From: Amoeboaphelidium protococcarum X5
Taxonomy: Eukaryota; Fungi; Aphelidiomycota
Assembly: GCA_023515725.1 (NCBI GenBank)
Contig: JALDTO010000142.1
Coordinates: forward strand, 62,001 to 126,000
DNA: 64,000 nucleotides
Direction of reading: 5' to 3'
Part shown: positions 51,443 to 64,000 of the stretch, in pieces
Numbering within the stretch: the first letter of the stretch is position 1
Layout of the letters: every line of letters begins with the position of its first letter
Translations under genes and position numbers: made by a program
The notes under the pieces: model-generated
Database searches by the model: none
What the model saw: only the letters and a program-made list of their open reading frames with translations
What the model was told of the DNA's origin: nothing

Positions 51443-52330
51443 TCACAATTTCAACACTTCTTGGTCTGTGTATCCTAAAACACCGAGCAATCCACCAATG
51501 TTCTTAATCTTAACATCGCCGCCACATATGTACTTCATGAATTGCTCATTCCCACTGACAATTACTTTCAAATCACCGTTTATAGCGGTGGCTGGCGATG
51601 AACAAAACTATCGGATATCCTCTAATTTTATGAATCCTTCTTTAATATTAGCATCTTTACTACTATCACCTAATTGATCAACAAAGTAAACTACGCGGAT
51701 ATCTAAAGACTTGGATTTTATCACTTCGTCTAGCGAGTCTTTTAATAGAATCTCCTGTTAGTTCTTACTGCCATACAAAATAGTAAGAGATCTCTTCCGT
51801 TCATTGCTTTAAAGGGATTGCAAATTCTAAATGAGTTACATTATAGGAGCAATTGCCGTGCCGCCAACTATTGCAATCAGATTCTGTTCGTCAGGAATAG
51901 TGGCAGTAATATGAGGACCGTGTAAATCCAGTGTATCTCCTTCACTCAACTAATTAATGTATCGCGCAACTTCACCGAACGGAGCTGGATAATTCTTTAC
52001 GATAAACTCCACGTAATCAGTACCTAAGCTTATTGGGGTAAATGGCCGATAGCCTTAGGAATGAGGCTCTTTGATGTTGAAGTGTACAATTTTATTCGAT
52101 GGGTAATCAGTTCCAGCTGGTACTCGGACGCGTATCAATTTAGTCGATGGTGATATTCGCTAACTCGATATTATCTTGCATGGAGTATAAAATTTATTGT
52201 AAGGAGACAGACTGTCTTTCTTATTAAATAACCCATTATTACTGCTATACTCATAAGTATACCAAGCAGGTAGAGCGAGAACTGTGCCGGAAGCGACTAC
52301 ACGCAAGAGGTGCCTATTTCGCTTCAACAT
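51443..52330 (-). CDS. NADH-cytochrome b5 reductase-like FAD/NAD oxidoreductase (Cyc2/Mcr1-like), probably mitochondrial
   Basis: YRPFTPIS, FIVKNYP..GEVARYI, HGP, AIVGGTAIAPIMQL, ILYGSK, VIVSG, GGLLGVLGYTDQEVLKL. Confidence 0.88.
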
Positions 52331-52468
52331 TATCAACCAAGAGTAAAAATCGGTATAAAGAGATTCACAATAAGTCGGGAAAATGAAGGCACTTTCTACA
52401 AGAAGAATATTGTTAACATTCAATGACAACATCAACATATTTAAAGTGAATAACACTTCATATATATA

Positions 52469-54456
52469 TCATGCAATTGTAAACTTGGACTCAAAGGATG
52501 CACCGAGATTATTAGTGAAAAATGTTGATAGATCCTTGATGGCCGCAGACGTTACTCTGTCACACTAAAGCAACTTGACACTTTTCACGTATTCCAGCTT
52601 AGTAAGATAATATGCACCAATAGAGGTGACTTGCGGTAATCTTGAGAGTGTTATTGAATTCAAATAAGGAGCTGCGTTTACAATAGATTTTAAATGGCCA
52701 TCTTCAACATCTGGCTGATCCTTGATGCTTAGAGCGATAAGCCCAGGACTGCACAAGACCAGATTTACTATAATATTCGCCCGAACATTCACACAACCAT
52801 CTATTGAGAAGGATTACAGCCTTGTCAGATAATTTGATGGCAGAGTATCAAAGCACCTCAAGAACAAATAATCACAGTGAGCTAATCTTAGCGTAAAAAG
52901 TCTCGATATCAGCTGCATAAGCCTCTAAGTCTACTCTTATTATACCTCAACATGTCTATCATTAAACCAACCGCCAACATCTAAACATTCTAAAGTTTTC
53001 AGACTTAGTAATGAATCAATCACAGAATTAGTAATTGATCTATGGTCAATCCTCTAATGCCACATCAAAGATTTTAATCGAGGCAAAGATTATATCACCT
53101 AAGGAAGACAGAACTCCTCACCTTACACTGCAAAAGATAATTGTTCCAAATTCTTCATCTTTAAAGTTATAAATTCAATGATTGGAGATAATTGACCGGC
53201 ATTAATTCGACTACCCGGGGATATGAGCTCAAATTTGCGCAACTATTACAGGTCAGCCAAATCAGCCAGGCTATTCATAACATTTTTACTCACGCTATAC
53301 TACTGCAAAACAACGGAGAAATTCTCTAAACTACTGCACTTGAACACAGTGACCCAATCTTATAAATTCCCTTGATCTGACCGAAGGAATATAGTCTTTA
53401 AACGACTCATGAAATCTGCCTACAAAATCCACTCATTTAGCAGCGGTAAACAACCAGAGGTCAAATTCAGCTTGATTTCCACTGCTGATCGAATCCCAGT
53501 CTTTTTTAGTATTTTCAAAGCAGATTGTTGCACATGAGAATTATCAGTCTACAAGTTCAAACGCTTACACCATGGATCTTTGAATCTCTAGCAAAATCGG
53601 TCCAGAGATGACATATCACCAACGCGACTAGACTTCAAAGCCAAGGTATCCCAGACAATTGAGCATTTTGAGAAATACTTGTACCAAGACTTTGAAACCA
53701 GACATGCAAATAATGTGTCCTTCTTGCCAATATACTAAAAGATTCCCTGGACAATCTCTGCGGGTAATACATTGATAATGTCCATCTATTGATTCTTGAA
53801 ACGCGCGACGCGTTGCTTCGTGTCGATATTCTTCCCTTTGAGTTTAGTGTGCACCATCGACTTCATTTAAAGCAATTCCTACACAAGAACTTATCAGTTT
53901 AAGTATATTAACACACTGATTATAAGATAAGTATACCCGGTACAGAGAGTCTTCTTTTGGAACATTGTCCAATCCAACATCAAGAATGTCCAGAGAGAGA
54001 GGCCATTGTTTCAAGTACAGATACACCTTGGTACTCAGCAAAAAACTCTACAAAACAAATTCAACTATAAGGAAGCTTTAACAATAATTTAAAATCATAT
54101 AATACAGGTGCAAAGTGTGGATTGTAATATCTTGCCACATTCAGATATCTGATCGCGTCTTGATGACGTTTCAACTTGACAAGACATTTAGCAACACCAT
54201 AAGATACTTCAGGCACAGTTCTGTAATTCCAAGATTATCTATATATCTACATGTACAAAAAATGTATGACTAAGTTGAACAAGTTAAAGACGATTATTAC
54301 AGTGTAGAAAGATGCCAGTGCTTGTTCAAAGTTGCCTTGAGCATACTGCGATTCAGCAGTCTTCAAGTCCTGCCGCAATATACCTTTAACTTCTCTCTCG
54401 ATAGAGTTCCCCTTCTTTTACTTTGCATCAACTTTAACATATTTCTTTATATCCAT
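52469..54456 (-). CDS. TPR-F-box-LRR protein (Dia2/Pof3-like architecture); introns 54247-54300, 54048-54105, 53879-53936
   Basis: TPR AESQYAQGNFEQALASF.., YGVAKCLVKLKRHQDAIRYL. Splicing puts this in frame with the F-box MDIINVLPAEIVQGIFQYI...CLVSKSWY, followed by LRR-like units. Confidence 0.75.
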
Positions 54457-54623
54457 AGTTACACACACTTATAGAATACTCGATGCTCAGCCTCTCTTGT
54501 GAAATGAAATAACGCTTGAGCGAACAGACGGAAACTTCTTCCAATTCTTCCAATCGCTCACACTGAACGGAATCTGTCAGCTCGTTGAAACCATATACGA
54601 CACTCTTTATACAATCTATCAAT

Positions 54624-55213
54624 ATGACGCGACGGAGACAGTCCAAGTCATCAAGTGCTGCTGATAAAGAATTTACTCTTCAGATTAAAGAGGCCTTTTA
54701 GCTTTTTGATAAAGAGCAAGATGGATTCATCTCCAGAAGTGATGTCCCGCTGGTTTTGAAGGCTCTTAATTACGAACTGGCCGATGAGGCATTGGAAGAT
54801 TACATATCCAACAATTTCAAAAGTAATGTGGTTGGTGAATAAGAATTCATCTCCAGTTTAAAAGCATTTTTGGTATGTTTTAGTCATATGACGTGTCTTT
54901 TGTTGGAATATTTCGATAACTTGCGTACTGCTGTAGAATGATCAAAGCTAAACTGAAGCTTATGAGAAGGCGTTTAACTTATTTGACGTTGATGGAGAAG
55001 GCTTCATTACATATGATAGTTTGAGAAAGCTTTTGAAGGAACTTAATGAGGAATATACTGACGAAGATATTCAGGAGATGATTGCTGTTGCAGATAATGA
55101 CGGAGACGGTAATTATGGCTACTGTGACCCTCTTATGACCACCATTAAAAGTTAAATGTGTAGGACGCGTCGGATTACAAGACTTTAAGCACATCATGTA
55201 ACTGAGTAATTGA
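54624..55213 (+). CDS. Centrin/calmodulin-like EF-hand protein; introns 54873-54936 and 55109-55163
   Basis: QIKEAFQLFDKEQDGFIS..LKALNYE; KAFNLFDVDGEGFITYDSLRKLLKELNEEYTDEDIQEMIAVADNDGDGRV. Confidence 0.88.
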
Positions 55214-55908
55214 ACAATGTTTGAATTTGCGCGCAATTTGTGATCGTATCAACCTTACTGCCGAGCGTTAGTTGGTTTTTCTGTGAAGAGTTCCTCTTTC
55301 CGACAATATTTCATAGAGCATTTGAATCTGCTTAATAAATTTGTTGTTAGATTTATCCGTTGAATTAATAATAGCGCGACACATTCAAATAATACCGTGT
55401 CAGCCCTTATTAAAACTTTAATCGCAATAATGTCTGCAGATGATAGATTTCAATTCTACACATCTTGTATGTAATTGCGTAAATCATCACATGCCGTCGA
55501 TTTCGCTAACGCTTTTGAATTCCCATTCAAAGATGTTTGATAGTATTCTCGGCACATTATATATATATTATAGCGCGTATTGAAGCGTTACCTAACCAGA
55601 AAAATGTGATGAAATAATTCGACATTACGTATTTTCTATTCCATCTCCATTACTAAAGATGTACTATTAGCACCACTAATAAGCGCGTGCACAGGAGCTT
55701 CGGTGCGTTCTGCACGCTTTTCATTCAAATCCTGATTGATTGGATCAATTGTGAGTACCCCGTAGCATTCACCGGTTGCTGTTACCGCTCGTGTTTTCCC
55801 GCCTATTTTCCAACTCCTCTTTTAGTACTTTGCTTCCATCTATCTCGATTTTTTAAATCTTTCGGTAGTTGATATAAATCATTGTAAGCGAAATACAAGC
55901 TATAAATT

Positions 55909-57618
55909 ATGCAGGGTGAAGATAGTAAAATGGAATAGCTAGCGTCTCATGATCTGCGTGTTGTAACCTTTCACTCTCCGCGGTACTGCGATCTGTGTGG
56001 AAAATTCATCTGGGGCCTGAGAAAGCAGGGAATGCACTGCGTTCATTGCGGTGTAGACATTCATCAAAAGTGTTTTAATGCGTGCTTGGAGAATGTACCG
56101 TGTCAGCCGCTAGATGGGAGTAGTTGTTCTCATGATTCAGTGCACGATCAAGAAGGGCAGTTTATCGCCGCCATCCAGTAGTCAGATGTGAATTATGAAG
56201 AGGAATTGATGGCGCAATAGATCGATATGAATATGAACAGTGGTAATCTTGGTCTGATGACTCCGCCACAAATGGAAAAGGCTGAGGTGGAAAATGTCGC
56301 GCTAAAATTGGCTCAAGTCGCTCAAGAATTGCAACAGGAGGAAAAGACTTCGCTGGAGACTGTTGCCGACGCCACTTCTGTTTAATCTAAACAGGAAGTT
56401 GTCGTGCCGCAAAGCGTGGCTCAAATCAGTAGCGTTGAACATTAATCGATTGACGGCGATAATTATGACTCTGTTGAGCCAAGTGGTCAGTCTTCTACTT
56501 TCGCCTCTACCAATAATACTGCCAATCACTCTTACTAGAATAATAACAATAATATGGCGGTGAAAAGAGTAGCAAGTTCACTGCGAAGTAGACAGTCATC
56601 GGCGCCCACGCTGGTTCCTATCACGGAGACTAAAAGTGCAGATGAACTCAATACTCCTGTCGTTGATCCTATACCCTCTGCTGCTCGCCGTCGTAAGTAA
56701 TCTAATGGCCTTTTGCAGTCTATAATCTTGCGCACCGCGTCTAAAGCTAATGAAATGGACAAGGTTCATCGTGGATCTCCCAAACTAAACGTTTTTACTA
56801 CCTTGCCTCGAAATTACTTTCGCTTTACGATGAAAGTCGGTCCGTTGGCCAGTTTTCAAGATAAAATTGAAGATCTGTTCTTATGGAAGAATTAGAGTGA
56901 GACTATTGCTGCGTGGTTGATATTTACAGTCCTCTGCCTGAATCCCTTCCTCATAATGTTCATCCCTCATGTCATAATGTTGACCGTGTTGTGGAATAAC
57001 TATTTTGTTAGGGAATAGCGCCGCGCTAGGAAGATGCAGAAGAAGCATTTATAGGCTGATCAGGTGGTTCTGGATAAGAAGAAGAAGAATCTGAAGCCAT
57101 CTTCATTCAAGCCTGATGATATAGATTACAAGCACAATATGCAGTTTATTCAGAACACTATGGGAATGTATAGTGACGTTTATGAGCATCTTCGCTACTA
57201 TAATACATACATTGATTGGTCTGATGAATGGTTCACAATGATGGTGTTAAAGTTGACTCTGGGATCTGCCTTGATACTTGCTTTGCTATACAAGTTTATC
57301 GCGTGGAACTTTGTAATTTTAGGCGCTGGATCGCTTGCATTTATCGGAAATACCGCGTTAGGATAGGCTATTGGTGCACAGTTGCTTTCTATTTTTGATT
57401 AAACTAACACTATTGGTAATTTAGATGCATAGCTTGTCATTTAAGAATAGACTCAGTCAGCTGCTATTAACAACAACAATTCCAGTAAGAAAGAATAGAA
57501 AATGGCAAGTCGTTAGAGCTCCGTTTAAAGTCTGGAAGACGCTGCCATTGCTTCTTTTGTCACCTCATACGATAAACCTCATCGCGAATAGTAGTAGCAA
57601 CAGAATAGAAAATTATGA
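55909..57618 (+). CDS. C1 (DAG/phorbol-ester) zinc finger + Pex24/28/29-like membrane domain (569 aa)
   Basis: HDLRVVTFHSPRYCDLCGKFIWGLRKQGMHCVHCGVDIHQKC; RNYFRFTMKVGPLASFQDKIEDLFLWKN..T....IFTVLCLNP; YKHNMQFIQNTMGMY..IDWSDE. Confidence 0.78.
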
Positions 57619-57708
57619 CGAACTTGGTGTTGAATTAAATATTATACCGTAATAAATTGGCTTTATAAAGTAGAAATTGTCCTTGCAGTAGTGCTAATAC
57701 TTTCATAG

Positions 57709-58611
57709 TCAATGATCAATCTTCATCGAAAAGTCGATATGAGGAACGCCTTGAGTTAAACTGCCCATACTGAGAACATCGATCGAGTCGCATATATAAT
57801 CCAGCACAGAATCTTTAGTAATGCCACCACTCACCTCAATTATGATGTGTTTATAATCCTTCTTAATTTTATCAGCGGCGATCTTTGCATCAGCAGGCGT
57901 GAAATTGTCAAGCATCACCACATCAGCACCATCACGAATAGCTTCCACTGCTTCATCGTAACTGCGACACTCAACCTCCACCTTCAAGGAGAATCCTGAT
58001 ACCTATCGCACTCGCTGAATAGCTTTACTTATAGAGCCACAACTCCATATATGATTATCCTTCAACATTACCATGCTACTCAAATCCACGCGATGGCAAT
58101 CAGCACCTCCGACGAGCAGAGCATACTTCTCAAACAATCTGAATCCTGGAGTGGTTTTACGTGTACCGGCGATAAATCCCTTCCACTGAGGATGAACTTC
58201 CTTTACTCGGCTCATAATCGAATGTGCCAGTGTAGATATACCCGAAGTGCGTGCCATCAGGTTCAGCGCAACACGTTCTCCGCGGAGTAGATCACACGCT
58301 CTTCCACACACTTTGGCGACGACAATGCGACCAGCTTTACTCCCATGACCTTTCTAAACATCGCTCACAGTGTCCACGTCTATATAATCACCATCAGAGT
58401 AGAAAGCCTCAAACTTGCAATTCAAGATCTATGTGAATAAACACTGAACCACTGGGAGCCCAGACACCACACCGCTAGCTTTACAAAGTAACAAGGCTTA
58501 TTTTTATTCAGTACCAACAGCGAAAGCTCCAAAGTCAAAGCTGGGAATGTCTTCTTTCAAGTATTCAAGCAGAATCTACTTGAGCAGTTCAGGCGGTATA
58601 ATTGAGTCCAT
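57709..58611 (-). CDS. BNA6: Quinolinate phosphoribosyltransferase
   Basis: LKEDIPSFDFG, GERVALNLMARTSGIST, AGTRKTTPGFR, HRVDLSSMVMLKDNH, EVECRS, VMLDNF, EVSGGI. Confidence 0.97.
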
Positions 58612-59328
58612 ACTTTTGCGTGAGTTCTTATGCTGTATCTATTCAGAAAACTTCAGTATAAAGCGTGAGAGATGACAAATGCGGTTCCGACTGAATAATT
58701 TGAAAAGAACCTTAAGAAGTTGTTTAGCAGTTTGTCCAAATATCACCAAGTAAATCGAAAAGTGTATAAATTACAGATGTGTTTTAGCGGCAAAAAATTA
58801 ACTACAAGCATCGCGATATCCATCTATTGTAAATTTATAAGGGAGTTTTAATAAGAACACGAAAGCTATTGTGAGTAGACGAATTTGTATCAAGCGTAAG
58901 AACGCGCTTAAACCCCTCTCACGTAATCGAATCATCAAAGTAAACAAAAGTTTAAAGATTCCATCAATAGATGATTACTTATATTTAGATTAGATAGACG
59001 AGTTGACTCTTTTAAACTAAATAATTGGCAACACTGACCACATTATTAATTAATCCATATCCCATAATTCAAGTAAGCGCTACACACGCAATCGATCGAT
59101 CTTTGTTGAATTTTAAGGTGAAACACGCGCTTTTGAAGAGTGCGTGGCTTGACGGGCTCGTTCGATGATTCAATCAAAATTTGGTAAGCACTTGGGGCTT
59201 CTTATCATCATCATCATTTGCAGCTTTATATTAATTAAGCCCATTAATAAAGACACTCTGACTCATTGTCAGCTATACTTTATTTAGTTTTGCTGAAATT
59301 TGTACACCATAATAATCGTAATAATATA

Positions 59329-61503
59329 ATGAAGAGCGAGTACTCCTCATAGACGACGCCAGTGAAGGCTCGTTTGCTGAATTAGAACTGGGCAATTGCG
59401 GTGTTCATTGTGATGCTTTTGGCGTATTTTATGATTGAATCTTCATCCACAACCTCTTAGTTATTTGGAATTCAGAGTGGCGATGAAGCTTTGCCCAAGG
59501 TTATAGATCAGGCGCTGCAATCTCGATTTGTTGAAGTGTGGTAACATCCTACCGAGACCGTTGGCTTATTATCTGAAGGTGATCAAGATATCGAGATCTA
59601 TGACGACGCTGCTGGATTTTACCAGGCTAATAGTTCTGATGCTGTAGTTAACACCAAATTTGGGCCTGTGGAAGGCGTTTACATATCTCCAGTTAGATTG
59701 AGTGCAAAGTAAGGCAGTAAGGTGCCGGCTGAGATCAAGCAGAAGTGGCCTGTTGGATATTTGGGTATTCCATTTGCGGAGAAGCCATAGAATGAACTCC
59801 GCTTCTCTGATCCTGTGCCATGGTCACGTAGCTGGTCCGATGCTTATGGATATGATTCTTTGAAAGCTGTCAAGTATGGTCCGCAGTGCCTGTAAATTTT
59901 TGGTCTACCTCCATGGTTTTTGAGTGAGGATTGTCTGTACTTGAACGTATTCACTCCTCCAGCTGCTAGACTAAAGCAGTTGAGGAAGAAGAATAAGAAG
60001 ATACCGGTACTCTTTTGGATTTTCGGGGGAGCGTACGCCTTTGGAAGTGCTGGTTTTGCAGATGCTAATAGTTTTGGATTGTTGTACAATGGTGCGTATA
60101 TCAATGAGCACAAAGATGTGATTATTGTGACTTTTAATCATCGCGTCGGTCCATTTGGGTTCCTCCATACGGATGCGGACAATATCAGCAATAATGGTAT
60201 TGAAGATGTGAAGGCTGCCTACAGATGGACTGCTGATAATATTGGTGATTTTGGTGGTGATGCTGATAATATCACGGTGTTTGGTATGTCTTCTGGTGCT
60301 TATAATGCCGTTCTCGCAGCCTTGGATGTGGAACTTTTACCTGCTCCAAAGCGCATCATATCAATGAGTCCACCGCTATCCCTTAAGCCTAGGAATACAA
60401 CTATGGCTGTTGAGTTGGGTAAGAAGCTGATGCACAGTCTGAAGTGTGACGATTTGGATTGCCTGAGATAGAAGCACCCGCTGCAGATATACAAGGGAGC
60501 GTACGGAATCAACGATGGCTGGCTGGAGACTCCTCTCGGATCACCGCTCAAGTGGATGCCTACCTATGATGGCCATCATGTCAAGAATAGGCCATTGGAA
60601 CTCGTGGCTGACGCATCGCCAAAGTTGAAAAAACGCTTATCCAAGATGGAGATTATGATTGGTACCAGCAGGGATGAGGTGGCACTGTTCGCCGGCATCA
60701 CTGAGATGTATGGTCTATTCCGTGGCGGTACATTTTACTTTGTAAGAGGCTAGTGGTCCAGTTGGGATTTCTGGAAGAGTTGGGCATTCAACGTTGGCTC
60801 TAATTCTGTAGCTGATCAACTGGCCAATGAGCTGGGTTTGAAGTTGAATCATCACGCTAGAGCTTATATCAACACCATGTATGCCACGTTTACAGATTAT
60901 GAGGTGGTGAAGAAGCTGTTGAAATTGTATCCAGTGCAGTATACCAAGAAAGATGCTCTATATCAGTACATTCAGGCAGCGACAGATTTCATGTTTGTAT
61001 GTCCATCAAGAAACTTTGCACTCAACACTGAGAAGTACGTCAAGTCTATGCATATGTATCACTGGGTTCAGATTCCGGACTGGGCCTAGCCAATCTTTGG
61101 AGATGGTAGATTTGTAATGTCAGAGTCTGTACCGCATGGATTTGATTTACCTAATTTCTGGAATTATAATGTTGATTTGGGTGGTGGAAAGCCTTTGGGT
61201 AGCATGTATGCTGATTACTTTACCGCATTCGCTGCGGGTGATGTCTAGAATCAGTGCACTCCTCAGTCCCTGGCATTCAATGATGAATTGAAAAGGAACG
61301 GTACCGAGTCTGATTTCTAAAGTACCGACAAGTGTAAATCTGCCCTTCCCAAGTGGGAACCGTTCACTCCATCCAATCGTCAAGTGGCCTTCTTTGGACA
61401 CCCGCGTAATCAAGTGACATTCAGCAATGATTTACGTGCAGAGAAGTGTGATTTATGGGATACATTGCGTAAGAAGGGATAGATGGACATGTATCCATTT
61501 TGA
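59329..61503 (+). CDS. Membrane-anchored type-B carboxylesterase/lipase (724 aa)
   Basis: YLGIPFAE, SEDCLYLNVFTP, WIFGGAYAFGS, NHRVGPFGFL, FGGDADNITVFGMSSGA, GTSRDE, TDFMFVCP, VPHGFDL. Confidence 0.93.
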
Positions 61504-61585
61504 ATTTTTTGATACGACTAGTGGATTAGAGAAGTTAAAAAGAGACATCGATTTTGAATATTGACTTGGTAACAAACAGAGTAAA

Positions 61586-62620
61586 TCACTTTTACTTTTT
61601 ACCGTTTTCTGAGGCAGTTGTATCCATATCACCGTTCACCTCGACACAGTACAATATAGGAAGAACATTTAGCTTCCACTAGACATAAATTGCGGCTTAT
61701 TTCGACTAATCAGCACCATATTGAACAATTTGATAAACACTTTAATTATCCTTAACATTACCAGATGAAGATGGACGATCAAACAGACCATTCGTGGCAG
61801 AGCAATACTACAAGAACAGCATTGAACAATACGATCCAAGACCGGATAAAATATGCCACCAAGCGTGAAGTTATAATACACCAGTACTCAGCCATAGACA
61901 AGTTGTAATCACAATTTCCACCAGGCCATTGCGCAAATTAAGCCCAGTCAGTTTTTGAATATATTTAATCAAAACCTTGGGCAACTGAGCATTAATGTAA
62001 TTCCGAAGGGATCGAATGTAATCACAAGCCAAGTTATCAATATTCCACAGAGTGAACGCTGCAATATAACAAAATAATCCAAAATACAGCAGATTCCTGT
62101 GCTTTTTGTACTTTTCCACCCAACTCAACCGCACAGCTTCGTACATTACAAACACGGTGAATAGACCGTACGCAGTGTGATGAAATTCAGGGAATTTAAG
62201 GAACAGATATGACACAGTGACCACCAGAGCATACAAGGCAATACAGATAGGGAACCATGCGCCGTACCTGGGCTTCCTATCAATTTACACGCTGCAGAAT
62301 AAGAGGAAACTGACGCAGTACAGCATGGGCAGCTCATCCAATAGCTACATTTCGTAAATCAGGGTCATGTGAAACGCCCATGATCCAATGCCGACAATGA
62401 CCAGAGAGACGTATGCCCAGTAGTACCTGATCTAGAACCGGTAGATATAGGTGAGATAGAGACCAAGAAGCGCCAAATCTACGATAGCCATATTACTCAG
62501 CGTGTTCCAAAATTCTGCAATATAAAAAGACACCATATAATTCTCCTCACACCAGTCCAATGTCGCCGTTCTCTACCCAAACCATCCCAACCGTCCACCA
62601 TTCAAAATTCTTGCACTCAT
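61586..62620 (-). CDS. Alkaline (phyto)ceramidase, ACER3/Ypc1-like (344 aa)
   Basis: TATLDWCEENY..IAEFWNTLSN, VGIGSWAFHMTL.YEMQLLDELPML, LWNIDN..C, QLHAWWHILSGLGSY. Confidence 0.95.
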
Positions 62621-62995
62621 ATTTACTACTATCGTCTCTCTCGCTCTTTCCCTTATAATTTAACAATAAAGAGAAGCTGGACTATAACAACTAAGAGCTA
62701 ATCTAAAACCAAGCGAATGGCTCAAATAAAATAAACGTGAGAATCAAGTTTTTAGAATGACGATGAGGATCAAACAATGGGCATTAGTGATAACGTTTGA
62801 CTCCGCGAAACAAGCTTACTCAAACTTTTTCTAAATAGTCGCAGGTCGGCTTTTACTCAGCAAAGGCACGAGAGAGACACAGAAAGTCGCCAGTCAAACG
62901 TTCCTTTTCTCTTCTACGAATTTTTCTCTTTCTTCTTTTCGTGTTATTACAGAAGATCTAACCACTTATTCAAGATCTGATCACTTATTACAAAT

Positions 62996-64000
62996 ATGGC
63001 TGATAATAGACCGGTGTGTAATTTTTATCTGAAAGGTTAATGTAAATATGGAGATAGATGCAAGTTTAGGCACCCTGTGGAGATGAAGCAAGCATCTTTT
63101 ACTGGCCGGTCGTCTAATGTTAATAGTAATAATTTATAGAGGAGCAGTAGTAGTGGCCAGTAGTCTTTGAGTGTATTTGCCAAGCACTCTGCCTTCGGTT
63201 CGTCTTCTTCTACTTCTAATACTGCACCAACAACTACTAAAGCTGGCGGTGGGAATGCATCAGTTGGAAATTTAGCTTTTAATGCAGACACTATAAAGGT
63301 GGAGTTATCCTGGGCTAATATGTGGCCTATCAGTTGTTACGGTCCTGATTACTCCACGTATCCTCCCTGTAATTTGATTGCCGGTGTTGATGTATCCCCT
63401 GATGAGGTTAGAATGCAGTATTATGAAGCATCGAGGAGTAGTAATAGCAGTAATGCGCTCTAGTAGTATATGGTTAATGTGAGTTCCATGGTACAATCTA
63501 TACAGAAGAAGCGGTAGTAGATTCTCAGTAATGTCACTATGGCATTTGAAGATTATACACGTCAACTACTTGCTCCCACTAAGTCTGTATTCTCTTCATA
63601 GTCCGCGTTTTCTTAATCTGGTAACCCTGTATAGTCTACTTCTGGTGGTCAGTCTGTATTCGCGTCATTGTCATCGTAGTAATCGTAGTAGTCATTATAA
63701 CAGTAGAGTGTATTTTCTTAAAGCACGTCATTTCAGTAGCCACAAGGAGGTACAAGTGTATTTGCATAGGGTTCGTAGCCTTAGTAGAGTATATTCGCTA
63801 ACACTGGACCATTATAGTAATCTCTTACTTAGTAGCCGTCGTAATCTCCCTTGCTGACTTCGTCATAGAATTCATTTGCCCAGCCTCCCTAAGCTGCGCC
63901 ACAGTAATCTCTAACTAGCAGTCCATTTGCACAATCTGTATCGCAAATTATGTATAATTAACAAGTTGGAATACCTTAAAGTGTGAACATCTCATCTTCA
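62996..64000 (+). CDS. CCCH zinc-finger nucleoporin Amo1/Nup42(CG1)-like (3' end runs off the window)
   Basis: VCNFYLKGQCKYGDRCKFRHP; WPISCYGP...GVDVSPDEVRMQYY; S/Q-rich region with S(V/I/A)F repeats. Confidence 0.82.

Noticed and set aside
61890-61980. Intron in the ceramidase gene
   Set aside because: The frame is open without it and there is no TGTAG-type acceptor; treated as a coding insertion.

Overview
Eukaryotic, gene-dense, intron-poor nuclear DNA in which TAA and TAG encode Gln and TGA is the only stop (translation table 6). This is why the supplied standard-code ORF track is fragmented. Gene content is fungal/opisthokont-like; together with TAR=Gln this best fits an aphelid such as Amoeboaphelidium protococcarum (inference, not a database hit). 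Positions 1-16.2 kb form an accessory compartment: three same-strand paralogs of an unrecognised secreted family, a decayed ORF, a divergent CSN3, and a Crinkler-like NTPase-REase pseudogene interrupted by a 3.95-kb Mutator (MULE) element with 107-bp TIRs, a 9-bp TSD and an OTU-protease region upstream of the transposase. Positions 16.5-64 kb are a compact run of about 25 mostly housekeeping genes: Furry/Tao3, Scs7, Pep4, PCMT1, Pds5, CoA-transferase III, TPR-MBL, a mucin-like membrane protein, POMGNT2-like, Tubby, Sld2-like, VAMP7-like, SOUL, Atg7, GT14, Mug135-like, b5-reductase-like, Dia2/Pof3-like, centrin, C1-Pex24-like, QPRT, carboxylesterase, ceramidase and Amo1/Nup42-like. All translations and coordinates were worked out by hand; family calls rest on recalled motifs, not searches.
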